From IMG/VR virus record IMGVR_UViG_3300031993_000014, positions 114,987 through 178,986 of that record: a stretch of DNA of 64,000 nt; one strand, written 5' to 3'. The position numbers and the translations under genes were made by a program. Position 1 is the stretch's first letter. Each line of letters begins with the position of its first letter. Shown here piece by piece: positions 63,982-64,000 of the stretch. This DNA is from a virus. Lineage: Duplodnaviria > Heunggongvirae > Uroviricota > Caudoviricetes. The notes below the pieces were generated by a model. It did no database searches, was not told where the DNA came from, and saw only the letters and a program-made list of their open reading frames with translations.

Positions 63982-64000
63982 GCCAGCTAGAACAAGTAAC

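Noticed and set aside
1-64000. tRNA genes, CRISPR arrays, integrase or attachment sites
   Set aside because: By-eye scanning of non-coding gaps (21250-21417, 27385-27699, 36580-36760, 43180-43250, 51737-51950, 62137-62185) found only hairpins and terminators, no cloverleaf-like GTTC...TTCGAATC patterns. No tyrosine or serine recombinase motifs were seen. A tRNAscan or Aragorn run would be needed to be sure.

Overview
The window looks like a segment of a large tailed (myovirus-like) bacteriophage genome, not a bacterial chromosome. Almost every gene has an AAGGAG-type Shine-Dalgarno sequence, genes are tightly packed and often translationally coupled, and GC is roughly 43%. Layout: (i) 1-27.4 kb on the minus strand is a virion/packaging module: a partial beta-helix tail fibre, a 981-aa baseplate-like protein, a gp5/gpV-like spike, a 1390-aa sheath-like giant protein, a T4-type large terminase (PRQHGKT Walker A), a 931-aa portal-candidate protein, and a family-B DNA polymerase split by an HNH-AP2 homing-endonuclease insertion. 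(ii) 27.7-47 kb is mostly plus strand: two paralog pairs, a RusA resolvase, a codon-optimised 630-aa protein that is probably the major capsid protein and is followed by two identical UUCG terminators, a P-loop kinase, a phage-encoded flotillin (SPFH), and many small unknown proteins. (iii) 47.1-64 kb on the minus strand contains the two most unusual loci. The first is a translationally coupled four-gene NAD+ Preiss-Handler salvage operon (pncB, NMNAT-Nudix, pncA, nadE). Directly upstream of it is an ~9.7 kb tandem array of 24 divergent small paralogous genes sharing an N-terminal L-x-S-L-G-[YF] motif and a C-terminal h-h-G-x-h-E-x-h...[RK][RK]xG motif, followed by a PspA/Vipp1-like coiled-coil protein. 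Recurrent cUUGCg-tetraloop bidirectional terminators punctuate the genome. I found no tRNA, CRISPR array or integrase. Several ORF-track start codons are TTG/GTG read as Met; I adjusted starts where an ATG with a Shine-Dalgarno sequence gives a better gene.
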